From NCBI GenBank assembly GCA_965232835.1, contig OZ247426.1, positions 3,996,974 through 4,060,973 of the forward strand: a stretch of DNA of 64,000 nucleotides. The letters run 5' to 3'. The stretch is from Dehalococcoidia bacterium. Its GTDB lineage: Bacteria; Chloroflexota; Dehalococcoidia; Lucifugimonadales; UBA3495. Both the position numbers and the translations under genes were made by a program. Of this stretch, positions 9,727-18,894 are shown piece by piece. The notes beneath the pieces are model-generated. The model made no database searches and was not told the origin of the DNA. It saw only the letters and a list, made by a program, of their open reading frames with translations. Positions within the stretch are counted from its first letter, which is position 1. Each line of letters opens with the position of its first letter.

Positions 9727-10353
9727 CTAGTCCTCAGGCGGCCACTTGGTGCCGCCGACAGCGGGACGCTCGGCGGGTGATGCCTTCAGGCCGGCATCGA
9801 TTACTTCGCGGAACTCCCGCAGGATCACCTCGGCCCAGGGCTGTGTGTGCGCCACCCGGTGAGCCATGCGGCGCCCCCGGCGGGCTTGCCGCTGCGCGGC
9901 CTCGTCCAGCCCCTCCGTGTCCCGATTTATCGTCTCATCCATGGCGTCGATCTGGGGTACAAGACCGCTGGCCGTCTCAATGAACCGGGCAACCTCGTTC
10001 ATGTCGTCGTCGAGGACCACGAAGATAGGCACGGTCCCGGCGCGATGCTCGGGCAGGAATGTGTCGGCCAGCGAGACGTCATCGTCGCGGCTGAACACTT
10101 GCAGATTGAACTTCTCGCTGCTGTCGGCCAGCCGCAGTATCACCGGCGTGGTGCTGACCGCATCGCCGCACCAGTCGGCGGTGAACACGGCCAGATTGAC
10201 GGGGTGGTTCAACCCATCGACCCAGCTTGCGGCCTCCGTCGGGATTTCCACCGTGTTGTAAATCTCAACGAAGGGATCCTTGTTCACTTTTATGTAATCG
10301 ATATATTCCTGGGTGGTCATGCCGGACTGGAACCGCTCTCTGCTGATGGGCAT
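9727..10353 (-). CDS. thioredoxin-fold family protein
   Basis: 208 aa. VFTADWCGDAVSTTPVILRL...TVPIFVVLDD is a thioredoxin-like layout with a single-Cys CGDA motif. Confidence 0.6.
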   Translation of the reverse strand: MPISRERFQSGMTTQEYIDYIKVNKDPFVEIYNTVEIPTEAASWVDGLNHPVNLAVFTADWCGDAVSTTPVILRLADSSEKFNLQVFSRDDDVSLADTFLPEHRAGTVPIFVVLDDDMNEVARFIETASGLVPQIDAMDETINRDTEGLDEAAQRQARRGRRMAHRVAHTQPWAEVILREFREVIDAGLKASPAERPAVGGTKWPPED

Positions 10354-10471
10354 GATTTTCCCTCCAACGTCGCTATTATGCGGCGCATTATAATCCAGCG
10401 CCGCCGCCTGCGTTACAACCTGAACCCGTGATAGAATCAGGCGTTAAGTATTGGAATTCAGGGGGAACCGG

Positions 10472-10891
10472 TTGACGACTCCCATAGACGATCCGTACCT
10501 GAAGTACGCCCTTTTCTGCCGGAGTACCGATGAGGGAACTGACGGAGACCTGAACCTCAACGGCATAGTAGACCTGGTGGACCTTCCCGAGCCGCCTCCG
10601 GAAGGAGAAGCTGGCCAGGTCCTGGCAGAGGTCGACGTGAACCTTGCGTTCTGCATAGGCGGAGCGCTGCCCGGTGATCACCACCTTTTTGTCGCTCTGA
10701 AGACTCCCGGAGTGCCGCTGGAAACGCCCCCAGCGCAGCGAGTGCAGTGGGAGGATGGCATCCTGTTTCAGCGATGGATCAAGACCTTTCGCATACCGGT
10801 GCAGGCAGCCGGTGAGCACTCCGCAGCTATCCTGTTCGACGGTATTCCGCTGGGAGAGGCCAGTTTCCTGGTCCGGTTTATGCCGAAATAG
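10472..10891 (+). CDS. hypothetical protein
   Basis: ORF 10451..10891. An in-frame TTG at 10472 sits 6 nt after AGGGGGA. No motif I can name, though it may be DUF6941-like (from memory only). Confidence 0.45.
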   Translation: MTTPIDDPYLKYALFCRSTDEGTDGDLNLNGIVDLVDLPEPPPEGEAGQVLAEVDVNLAFCIGGALPGDHHLFVALKTPGVPLETPPAQRVQWEDGILFQRWIKTFRIPVQAAGEHSAAILFDGIPLGEASFLVRFMPK

Positions 10892-10971
10892 CACCCGCGT
10901 CGGCAAGGTTGAAAGGGGCAACCTATCAGGCTAAAATCCCGTCAATCAAATTGATACAGGGGAGCGCAAAA

Positions 10972-11088
10972 TTGCCTAACCAGACCGGAAAGCGCTACAT
11001 TTGCAGTCAGTGCAATGCCGAATTCATAGTGACCAAGGGCGGCAATGGAAATCTCGTCTGCTGCGGTCAGCCGATGCAGTTGAAGTAG
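10972..11088 (+). CDS. desulforedoxin-like small FeS4 protein (38 aa)
   Basis: Not in the ORF track. TTG start after AGGGGAG. Translation: (M)PNQTGKRYICSQCNAEFIVTKGGNGNLVCCGQPMQLK. The C-x2-C-x15-C-C spacing is identical to the desulforedoxin / Dfx N-terminal domain. Confidence 0.6.
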   Translation: MPNQTGKRYICSQCNAEFIVTKGGNGNLVCCGQPMQLK

Positions 11089-11099
11089 GGGTGTCGATC

Positions 11100-11243
11100 A
11101 TGGCCAATCAACTGGGAAAGCGATACACCTGCGAGACCTGTGGCAGCAGCGTCCTCTGCACCAAGAGCGGCGATGGCGAGATCGTATGCTGCGAAGTAAA
11201 GATGGAGCTCCAGGAGCCACGCAAGCTGCCGTCTTCCGACTAG
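11100..11243 (+). CDS. desulforedoxin-like small protein (47 aa), tandem paralogue
   Basis: Internal ATG of ORF 11001..11243. MANQLGKRYTCETCGSSVLCTKSGDGEIVCCEVKMELQEPRKLPSSD. It has the same C-x2-C-x15-C-C spacing plus a C-terminal tail. Confidence 0.65.
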   Translation: MANQLGKRYTCETCGSSVLCTKSGDGEIVCCEVKMELQEPRKLPSSD

Positions 11244-11340
11244 CGGGGCGTATGTCCGAACTGAGATTTATATGATTATGGGATTTTCCTGATTCCTCGT
11301 AATCATGGTCATCATGCAAATCACAGTTCAAACAATCAGT

Positions 11341-11364
11341 AGGGGCGCACAATCGTGCGCCCCT
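11341..11364. terminator. perfect 10-bp stem hairpin between convergent genes
   Basis: aggggcgcac-aatc-gtgcgcccct lies between the desulforedoxin stop (11243) and the LLM stop (11397). Confidence 0.5.
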
Positions 11365-11396
11365 ACATACGTCACCCGATATAGCGCGTAACTTCC

Positions 11397-12467
11397 CTAC
11401 TTGAAGTAGGGAATGACGTGCTTGCCCATCAGCTTGATGGAGTCCATGATGCGGGTGTGCGACAGGTTGCCGGGCTGCACGAAACACAGCACCTGATCCA
11501 CGCCAGCCTCCTGGTACTTCTTCATGACCTCGATGACCTCGTCGGGGGTGCCCATGGCGAAGGCCCCGGAGTCGAGGTGATCCTGGGCGGTCTTGTCCAC
11601 GCGCTCGGTCTGCACGGCGTCGACGGCGAACTTGTAGCTGTCCGGCACCTCGCGCCCGGCCCAGGGAGCGTACAGGTTCTCGGCCATCTGCACGAACCAG
11701 GCGCCCTCCGGCCCACCGACGCGGCGAGCCTCCTCGCCGTCCTCGCCGCAGTGGACGATGCACAGCGCAGCGACCTGGTCGTTGACGAATGAGCCGACGG
11801 GATCGGCGTTCTTTATCGCCTCGCGGTAGGCCGCCACACGCTCCTCCATCTGGGAGTAGCCGCCCAGGTTGAAGCACAGCACGCCCAGACCCTGCTCGCC
11901 GGCGCGGCGGAAGCTGTCGGGCTGGCTGCAGGCAACCCACATGGGCGGGTGCGGCTGCTGGACGGGCTTGGGGATGACAGAACGCTCGGGGATGTTAAAA
12001 AACTCGCCCTGGTGGGAGAACGGGTCCTCGGTCCACATCTTGGGGATCATGCGGATGGCCTCGTTCCACTGGGCCTGGGTCTGCGCCGGGTCGACCTCGA
12101 ACCCATCCATCTCGACTAGGGTGGTGGACCGGCCGGTGCCCAGCTCCATCCGCCCGTCGCTCAGGATGTCCAACACCGCGGCGCGCTCGGCTACGCGGAC
12201 GGGGTGGTTGTACTGCGACGGCAGCAGGGCAACGGCGTGGCCGATGCGGATGCGCTTGGTCCGCTGGGAGATGGCGCCGTACAGCACCTCGGGAGCGGAG
12301 CAGTGGGAGAACTCCTTCAGGAAATGGTGCTCGACGGTCCAAAAGTATTCGAAGCCGACCTCGTCGGCCAGGTCCACCTGGGCCAGCACCTGCTTGTAGC
12401 GTTCCGCTTCTATGCCGGGGTGATGGGGTTCGGGAATCTGGATCTCATACATCAGGCCAAATTTCAT
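11397..12467 (-). CDS. LLM-class (luciferase-like) flavin/F420-dependent oxidoreductase
   Basis: 356 aa. MKFGLMYEIQIP...GFEYFWTVEHHF...RIGHAVALLP...GRMELGTGRS are typical LLM motifs. Confidence 0.85.
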   Translation of the reverse strand: MKFGLMYEIQIPEPHHPGIEAERYKQVLAQVDLADEVGFEYFWTVEHHFLKEFSHCSAPEVLYGAISQRTKRIRIGHAVALLPSQYNHPVRVAERAAVLDILSDGRMELGTGRSTTLVEMDGFEVDPAQTQAQWNEAIRMIPKMWTEDPFSHQGEFFNIPERSVIPKPVQQPHPPMWVACSQPDSFRRAGEQGLGVLCFNLGGYSQMEERVAAYREAIKNADPVGSFVNDQVAALCIVHCGEDGEEARRVGGPEGAWFVQMAENLYAPWAGREVPDSYKFAVDAVQTERVDKTAQDHLDSGAFAMGTPDEVIEVMKKYQEAGVDQVLCFVQPGNLSHTRIMDSIKLMGKHVIPYFK

Positions 12468-12912
12468 TGGTCATTCCTCGCTGTTGGGGTTTCAGTGGCA
12501 TTCTAGCATACGAGGAGAGTGGGTCGAGCCAATTGCGGGAGGACTGGACAAGGGCTCTAGAGTCAGGCAGGTCATCTTCCGGCAGGACGGGGAATTTAAC
12601 GGGCGGTAGCTGCTTCACGTACTTCAAGATGTGAGGCCCGGATTTCTTTTCCGCGACTTTCAAGTCGTAAGTGATCTGCAAGTTCATCCAGAAGCGGGCG
12701 GCGGCACCAAGGAAGTGCGACAGACGAAGAGCGTAGTCGGCGTCAATATCCTTTCGACCCGCCACCACTGCAGCAGTCGTTCCCCGCGGCACTGCCAGAT
12801 AGTCGTCCATTTCCAGCTCGGTGATTTCCAGTTCGCTCAGTTCGTCAGCCAAAGTCTCACCGGGATGAAACGGCGGCATGCCATTCTGAAACGGCCTATC
12901 GTCAATCTTCAC
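12445..12912 (-). CDS. higA: HigA-type XRE-HTH antitoxin with long C-terminal extension
   Basis: 155 aa. PFHPGETLADEL...AVPRGTTAAVVAGRKDIDADYALRLSHFLGAAARFWMNLQITYDL. Located downstream of higB. Confidence 0.7.
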   Translation of the reverse strand: MKIDDRPFQNGMPPFHPGETLADELSELEITELEMDDYLAVPRGTTAAVVAGRKDIDADYALRLSHFLGAAARFWMNLQITYDLKVAEKKSGPHILKYVKQLPPVKFPVLPEDDLPDSRALVQSSRNWLDPLSSYARMPLKPQQRGMTNEIWPDV

Positions 12913-12926
12913 AATTGGCCTCCCTG

Positions 12927-13205
12927 TTAGTGGTAATCGACTATCTGAACATCGTAGAGCCCGTTATCGCCCCAACGAAAGCTAAGGCGCCATTGTAGGT
13001 TTATCCTTATGCTGTATTGTCCAGCCCGTTCTCCAGAAAGAGACTCAAGCCTGTATCCTCGAATATCCCTTAGAGCTTGCAGGGATACGGCGGCGTCCAA
13101 ATCGTTGAGTCGTCGCATGGCCTGTCGGGCAAGGGACTGGAACGTAGGCACTCGCTGACCGAGGAACAACCTTTCCGTATCCCTGTCTCTGAAGCTGCGT
13201 ATCAT
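12927..13205 (-). CDS. higB: HigB toxin (RelE/ParE superfamily, plasmid-maintenance killer type)
   Basis: 92 aa. MIRSFRDRDTERLFLG...LNDLDAA...LRDIRGYRLESLSGERAGQYSIRINLQWRLSFRW. The toxin-first order is typical of higBA. Confidence 0.75.
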   Translation of the reverse strand: MIRSFRDRDTERLFLGQRVPTFQSLARQAMRRLNDLDAAVSLQALRDIRGYRLESLSGERAGQYSIRINLQWRLSFRWGDNGLYDVQIVDYH

Positions 13206-13292
13206 CTTTCAGGCACTTTAATCTTAGCACGCAAGAGGCCCCGGGAATTGCCCCGGGGCCATCTGTGCATCCACGGTGTCTGTCGGCGCTAG

Positions 13293-14393
13293 TTACGGCA
13301 CCAGCATGGCGCGGGTGATCTCCGGCTGGCGCTGGTCCCACTCGCACTGGGGGAAGGCCTCGTTGACCTCGGCCAGCGGGAACTTGTGGGACACGATGCG
13401 CTCGAAGGGCAGGGTCTCCTTGTTGCGGACGAGGAAGTTGAGCAGCCTGGGCAGCAGGTCGGGTTTGTACATCAGCGAGCCCATGATGTTCTTGCCCTGA
13501 AGCAGCTTGGACGGGTCAATTGACACCTCGCGGCCCCGCACGATGTCGCCGATCTCGACGAAAGTGCCGCCGTTGCTGAGCATGTCGATGCCCTCGGCCA
13601 GCAGTTCGGCGCGGCCCACCAGCTCCATCACCACGTCGGCGCCCCGGCCGTCGGTCAGCTCCTTGACGCGGCGGACGCGGGTCTCCGGCGTGTTGAACTC
13701 CTCGATGTTGATGGTGTGGTCGGCGCCAAAGGCCTCGGCGAGCTCCAGCCGGTTCTCGAGGCGGTCAAGGACGATGACCCGGTCGGCGCCCATCTCCTTG
13801 GCCATGGCGGTGGCGTGGACGCCGAGGCCGCCCGCGCCCTGGATGACGACGTAGTCCCCCTCGCTGGCGCCGGCACGAATCAGGCCGGTGGTGACGGTGC
13901 CCATGGCGCAGTTCACCGGGCCCAGCAGGTCGTCCTCCAGCTCATCGGGGACCCTGAAGAACGGGTGTCGCGGAGGCAGATAGAGGAAGTCGCCGTAAGT
14001 GCCGGTGAAGTAGGGCCACACGCCGGCGGCGGGGTAGTTGCGGTTCATGCACCAGTTAGTGTTGCCCTGCAGGCACTGGTGGCAGCTGTAACAGGGGAAC
14101 ACAGCAGCGTAGACCACGCGGTCGCCCTTCTGGATGGCCGTTCCGGAGGAGTCGGTGGTCACGCCATCGCCGAGGGTCTCGACGACGCCGGTGCCCTCGT
14201 GTCCCATGGCGCGACCCGTGGGCGGCAGCGGCACGTTGACCTGATCGCCGCGCCAAACGTGCAGATCGGAGCCGCAGATACCCGCCTGGGTCATCCGCAG
14301 CAGCACCGCGCCGGGGGCGGGTTCAGGAACGTCGTACTCCTGGATTTCGAATGGCTTGCCATATTCTGCGCAGACAATCACTCGGCCTTTCAT
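13293..14393 (-). CDS. Zn-dependent alcohol dehydrogenase (MDR family)
   Basis: ORF 13293..14438 trimmed to the ATG at 14393, which has AGGAGG 5 nt upstream. MKGRVIVCAEYGKPFEIQEY...GICGSDLHVWRG...GHEGTGVV...IQGAGGLGVHA. Confidence 0.8.
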   Translation of the reverse strand: MKGRVIVCAEYGKPFEIQEYDVPEPAPGAVLLRMTQAGICGSDLHVWRGDQVNVPLPPTGRAMGHEGTGVVETLGDGVTTDSSGTAIQKGDRVVYAAVFPCYSCHQCLQGNTNWCMNRNYPAAGVWPYFTGTYGDFLYLPPRHPFFRVPDELEDDLLGPVNCAMGTVTTGLIRAGASEGDYVVIQGAGGLGVHATAMAKEMGADRVIVLDRLENRLELAEAFGADHTINIEEFNTPETRVRRVKELTDGRGADVVMELVGRAELLAEGIDMLSNGGTFVEIGDIVRGREVSIDPSKLLQGKNIMGSLMYKPDLLPRLLNFLVRNKETLPFERIVSHKFPLAEVNEAFPQCEWDQRQPEITRAMLVP

Positions 14394-14673
14394 TGCGTCC
14401 TCCTGATGGTGAGGTTCGGAGTGGACGAAATGTATCACAAGGCCAAGCGTTTTGATACCGGCGGGTCAGTGGTAGGCGGCGATTACGAAATGGGCGGCTA
14501 AGGTTAGTTGCATCCGCCGCCCTTGTCCTGCTGGCTCACGACTACGAACGTATCTCGTTCATCGCCAAGTTTGGCCGTGAATGACGCTGTTCCTTTTTAG
14601 TAAGTATTGGAGCAAATCGTTTGCCGGTTTGATATTCATCCGGAAAAATCACCGGCACCAAGTGAACCGGAAC

Positions 14674-15429
14674 CTACCCGCCACGCAAGCGCTGGTTCTC
14701 CGCCTCCAGTTGGCGTATGCGGGCTTCGGCGGCCAGACGTGCGGAGCGCTCAGCTTGGTTGGCTTCCAGAACCGTGTCGTAGTCGGGCAAGTAGACGCCC
14801 TCCGCCGGGTCATACCATTCTAGTTGAGTGACTTCCCAGCATATGTACAGACGCAAGACTTCGCTGTAGCCCCGGAAGCGGCCCGGTTCCCACTCTTCGA
14901 TTTGGACCGGCTCATAGCGGTCGTCCGCGAGCCGGTCGCCGGCAAGGCTGAGAAGGCCCTGGCGGCCGACACCGGAGTTGAAGCGCCAGTACTCCCGGAC
15001 GCCCAGGGCGGCATACCCCTCCCGTTTGCGAGTTTCGTCATTGGCAACTGTGCTCCCCGAGGCAACCTCCATCACCAGGTCCGGCGCCTTGCCATAGTCC
15101 GAGATGGCGTATCCATTGCGGTTTGCTGACACTTGCGGGTCCACGTCCGTGGCAATCAGCATATCGGGGTAGAACACATCGCCGCGGCCCTCGATTTCCC
15201 CCAAATCGGCGAAGGGGACTGGGCTGAGGAACTTGTCGAAGGTGATCAGGGTGGTCTCGAAATTGCCAAGCCAGTGGCGCAGGGCCCGCGCCTTTCCGGG
15301 GTACAACAGGTATTCGGGGCTGGTCATATCTTCCTTCCGGGGCGCGTCCGGGAATTGGACGTAGCCCGGCGGCGGGTCTGGGAGCCAGTGCAGTGGACCA
15401 GCAGCTCCGGCGCGTGGCTTGAGCGTCAT
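14674..15429 (-). CDS. Uma2-family (DUF820) putative endonuclease
   Basis: 251 aa. The core is PDLVMEVASGSTVANDETRKREGYAALGVREYWRFN. The C-terminus is coiled-coil-like. Confidence 0.75.
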   Translation of the reverse strand: MTLKPRAGAAGPLHWLPDPPPGYVQFPDAPRKEDMTSPEYLLYPGKARALRHWLGNFETTLITFDKFLSPVPFADLGEIEGRGDVFYPDMLIATDVDPQVSANRNGYAISDYGKAPDLVMEVASGSTVANDETRKREGYAALGVREYWRFNSGVGRQGLLSLAGDRLADDRYEPVQIEEWEPGRFRGYSEVLRLYICWEVTQLEWYDPAEGVYLPDYDTVLEANQAERSARLAAEARIRQLEAENQRLRGG

Positions 15430-15563
15430 ACCGAGCCTCCGGGCAAAGAGGAATTGTGTAGGTCAGGCAAATCACCAGTGATGATACACTCACCGGGCCT
15501 TTAACTGCGATATTCTTGCCTGCGTTCCTCTTAAACAGGACGGGCAGCACATAGGAGCCAGCC

Positions 15564-17018
15564 ATGCCAGCAAAGACCGGCGCGCAGTACATCGCCAACC
15601 TGCGGGAGAACCCCGCCGAGGTCTGGATGCGGGGCGAGCGTATCAAGGATGTTACCACCCACCCCGCGCTGAAGGGCGGCGTCGGGTCGGTCGCTGCCCT
15701 GTATGACCTGCAGCATGACCCGGCGACGCGGGACGAGATGGTCTTCACCTCGCCGACGTCGGGCGACCCGGTGGGGCGCTCGTTCCAGGTGCCGCGGACG
15801 ATGGAGGAGCTGCTGGTGCGCCGCAAGATGATGACCCACTGGGCATGGGTGGGCTGCGGCATGATGGCCCGGACGCCCGATTTCATGAACGTGTCCATCG
15901 CCGGCTGGGCCGGGGCCGCTGAGTTCTTCGGCCAGAACCGCCCGGAGTTCGAGGACAACGTGCGCAACTACCACGAGTTCATCCGGGAAAACGACATTAC
16001 GCTCACCCACACGCTGGTGAACTTGCAGCCACGTCGCACCAGCGGCACGGTGGACGATCTGGACGGCCAGGTGGCGCTGACGGTGGTCAAGGAAACGGAC
16101 GCGGGCATCGTCGTGCGGGGCAGCCGCGTGCTGGCGACCCTGGGCCCCATTTCCGACGAGATCGCGGTCTACCCCACGCGAACGCACATGATCGGGCCCG
16201 AGGCTTGGCGGCAGGCCTTTTCCTTCGCCATACCCAACAACACGCCGGGCCTGAAGTTCATCTGCCGGGAGAGCTTCGACTACGGACGGTCCAACTTCGA
16301 CCATCCCCTCGGCTCCCGGTTCGAGGAGATGGACTGCATCGTGTTCTTCGATGACGTGCTGGTGCCCTGGGAGCGGGTGTTCCTGCTGGGCGACGTGGAC
16401 ATGTGCAACAACTACTCGGCGGCCACGCAGTCGGTGACCCACGCGGGCTACCAGGTGGTGAACCGTTGCGCGGTCAAGACCGAGTTCATCCTGGGGCTGG
16501 CCCAGATGATGGTCGACACCTTGGGATCGGGCGGGCTGACCCACATCCAGGAGAGGATCGCGGAGATCATCGTTCACCTGGAGACGCTCAAGGCCTGCCT
16601 GCGGGCGGCTGAAGCCGACGCGTGGTTCAACGATTACGGCGTGATATGCCCGGCGCAGGGTCCGATCACGGTCGGCAGAGGTCTGTACCCTACCACCATC
16701 TACCCGCGCCTGGCCGAGATCGTGCAGTTGCTGGGCTCGGGCAACCTGATGGCCCTGCCGTCGGAGGGCGATTTCGACGCCCCCATCGGCCCGGAGGTGG
16801 AGCGCTACCTAACCACCGACACCACCGAGGCCCGCGAGCGGGTGCGGCTGTTCCGGCTGGCGTGGGACGTGGCCTGCAGCGCCTTCGGCGGACGGCAGGT
16901 GCTCTACGAACGTTTCTTCGGTGGCGACCCCACGCGCAACGCCCTGCTGCTGTATCAAGGCTACAACCGAGACGGCGCCAAGCGGCGCGTCCGCGAGTTC
17001 CTGGACCGGGAGGCGTGA
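15564..17018 (+). CDS. 4-hydroxyphenylacetate 3-monooxygenase oxygenase-component family (HpaB-like)
   Basis: 484 aa. MPAKTGAQYIANLRENPAEVWMRGERIKDVTTHPAL... is the typical HpaB/4-HBD family N-terminus. The length also fits. Confidence 0.85.
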   Translation: MPAKTGAQYIANLRENPAEVWMRGERIKDVTTHPALKGGVGSVAALYDLQHDPATRDEMVFTSPTSGDPVGRSFQVPRTMEELLVRRKMMTHWAWVGCGMMARTPDFMNVSIAGWAGAAEFFGQNRPEFEDNVRNYHEFIRENDITLTHTLVNLQPRRTSGTVDDLDGQVALTVVKETDAGIVVRGSRVLATLGPISDEIAVYPTRTHMIGPEAWRQAFSFAIPNNTPGLKFICRESFDYGRSNFDHPLGSRFEEMDCIVFFDDVLVPWERVFLLGDVDMCNNYSAATQSVTHAGYQVVNRCAVKTEFILGLAQMMVDTLGSGGLTHIQERIAEIIVHLETLKACLRAAEADAWFNDYGVICPAQGPITVGRGLYPTTIYPRLAEIVQLLGSGNLMALPSEGDFDAPIGPEVERYLTTDTTEARERVRLFRLAWDVACSAFGGRQVLYERFFGGDPTRNALLLYQGYNRDGAKRRVREFLDREA

Positions 17019-17082
17019 ACTGGAGATTAGAACCAACTATAATAGCCAGCGACTTGGTTTCTCGGTGAGGTAGTCTTTCGTA

Positions 17083-17892
17083 ATGTTGAAACCAACCATA
17101 CGCCAAGCCCGAAACCGGATTAGTAGGGCATTGGCGCAAATTCCCGAGCTACAGCAATTGAATACTGACGCTGAGGACTTCAAAAAGTGGCGTCGCAACA
17201 CCCGCATCGCAATTTCCCATACATTTGGAGACAAATCTCAACACGTCAAAGAATTCACTGAAATTAGATTCTTTCCCCATTACATGTTTTCTGACGATGG
17301 ATCTGACGAGGTGGAAGCCTATCGATACGGAATGGTTCAGGCGAAAGTGCTTCTCGAATCTATGCTTGATGAGATTGAAGACTATTGGGACGATGACACC
17401 TCGTCGCAAACCGCCTCTCCCGCACAGGATATGCCTGAGCAACTGGTGTCCAATCGGGTTTTCGTAGTCCACGGTAGAAGTGACGGGAGTAGAAATACCG
17501 TTGCGAGATTCCTCGAATCCTTAGAACTTGAACCTGTCATTCTCCAGGAACAACCCAGCGAAGGCCGGACAATCATTGAGAAATTCGAGGATCATTCAGG
17601 AGTGGGCTTCGCGGTAATCTTGTGTACACCAGACGACGTTGGAGCACTGGCTACGGAACCAGACAAGTTGAGGCCACGTCCCAGGCAAAATGTCGTCTTG
17701 GAATTGGGCTTTTTCTTGGGCAGCTTAGGCCGAAACCGAGTGTGTGCCCTGTTGGACGGTGAGATGGAAATGCCGTCCGACTATGGCGGAGTCCAGTATG
17801 TCCCGCTGGACGGAGGCGAAGGCTGGAAGCTAACACTAGCCAGAGAGATGCGAGCGGCAGGCATGAGCATTGACATGAATCGGATAGCCTAG
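17083..17892 (+). CDS. TIR-like domain protein (Cap12/PycTIR-type, COG4271-like) with unassigned N-terminal domain
   Basis: 269 aa. The C-terminal ~140 aa read RVFVVHGRSDGSRNTVARFLESLELEPVILQEQPSEGRTIIEKFEDHSGVGFAVILCTPDDVG...RPRQNVVLELGFFLGSLGRNRVCALL...MPSDYGGVQYVPLD. This matches the bacterial TIR-like effector family nearly motif for motif. The gene looks lower in GC than its flanks. Confidence 0.75.
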   Translation: MLKPTIRQARNRISRALAQIPELQQLNTDAEDFKKWRRNTRIAISHTFGDKSQHVKEFTEIRFFPHYMFSDDGSDEVEAYRYGMVQAKVLLESMLDEIEDYWDDDTSSQTASPAQDMPEQLVSNRVFVVHGRSDGSRNTVARFLESLELEPVILQEQPSEGRTIIEKFEDHSGVGFAVILCTPDDVGALATEPDKLRPRPRQNVVLELGFFLGSLGRNRVCALLDGEMEMPSDYGGVQYVPLDGGEGWKLTLAREMRAAGMSIDMNRIA

Positions 17893-18029
17893 CAGCCTGT
17901 CTGAGGATTAGCTGGAGACCACCAGGGTGGGAGGGGGCGGATTTGTGAAAACCGGGATGGTCCGTGGGAACTGGCCGACGGTGAGCCGTGCGATTACTGC
18001 CTCTGCCTCGTGCATTACCTGGGCGTCCA

Positions 18030-18780
18030 TCCCCGAACCGGAACAGCTTGAGCAGGTTGTGGCCGACGCAGATTAGCAGTCACTCCCGGTTCACCTTCTC
18101 CAGCCCCCACAACAGGAACTGCCGAAAGCCCCGGCCCTGCTTGATCTGACCGAACACCGGCTCCGCCGTCTCCATCCGCAGGGCGTAGCGCTCACGACCC
18201 CGTTTGGTTCGCAGCTTGCGTCTCATCCGGCCCCGGGCCGCCACGATCACCTGATGCTCATGGTCAACCACCGCTTGGCAGTTGTACGACTGCTGGAAGT
18301 CCCGCCCTCCGGGACCGGGCATGATGCGGGAGTCGGGATCGGTCAAGTTACGCTGCACCCGGTCATCGGGCACCCCGGGATGCTCTCTGTCCTCGGCTTC
18401 GACCTGCTCCGCCGCCGCATGAGCTTCGGCTTCCAGTGCCGCCTTGGCCTCCCTTATCCTCCGCAGCCTCCCCTCACGGACGGACAACTCCTCCGGCAGT
18501 TCATCGCCCCGCTCGTCCCGGCTGTACCGGCGGTCCTCCTCCTCATCCACCTCTCCGGCCTGGCGCAGCAACTCGTCCACCTCGGCCTTCAACTGCGCCT
18601 CCCTCTCCTTGATCCGCCCATTGCTCATGGCCGTGTGCTTTGAGGCATTGGCCCGGACCTTGGTGCTGTCCAGAGCCACGTGCCCCAGTTTCATCAGGCC
18701 AGCCTGCCGGCACAGCTCCAGCACCTGGTGGAACAGATCGGCCAACGCCGCCAGATGGTCCTTGGGCAGCCATTCCCGCA
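18030..18780 (-). pseudogene. IS1182-family DDE transposase remnant
   Basis: C-terminal part of ORF 18080..19216: WLPKDHLA|ALADLFHQVLELCRQAGLMKLGHVALDSTKVRANASKH...DPDSRIMPGPGG.FQQSYNCQAVVDHEHQVIVAA|...EPVFGQIKQGRGFRQFLLWGLEKVNRE. Two internal deletions are apparent. The stop at 18080 (TGA) sits where a Trp is expected, and the frame continues LLICVGHNLLKLFR. Confidence 0.7.
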
Positions 18781-18894
18781 CCGTCGCCGGAAGCAACGAC
18801 GAGACCACGGTACCGAATGCGGCCGCCACGCCGCCAGTTGCCACCGTCGCGCCAAGCCCGGAGCCAACTGCTACGGCGACACCGGAGCCCGCCC

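Noticed and set aside
15531-16577. 348-aa minus-strand ORF.
   Set aside because: It is antisense to the HpaB-family gene, whose plus-strand product has a canonical N-terminus and length.
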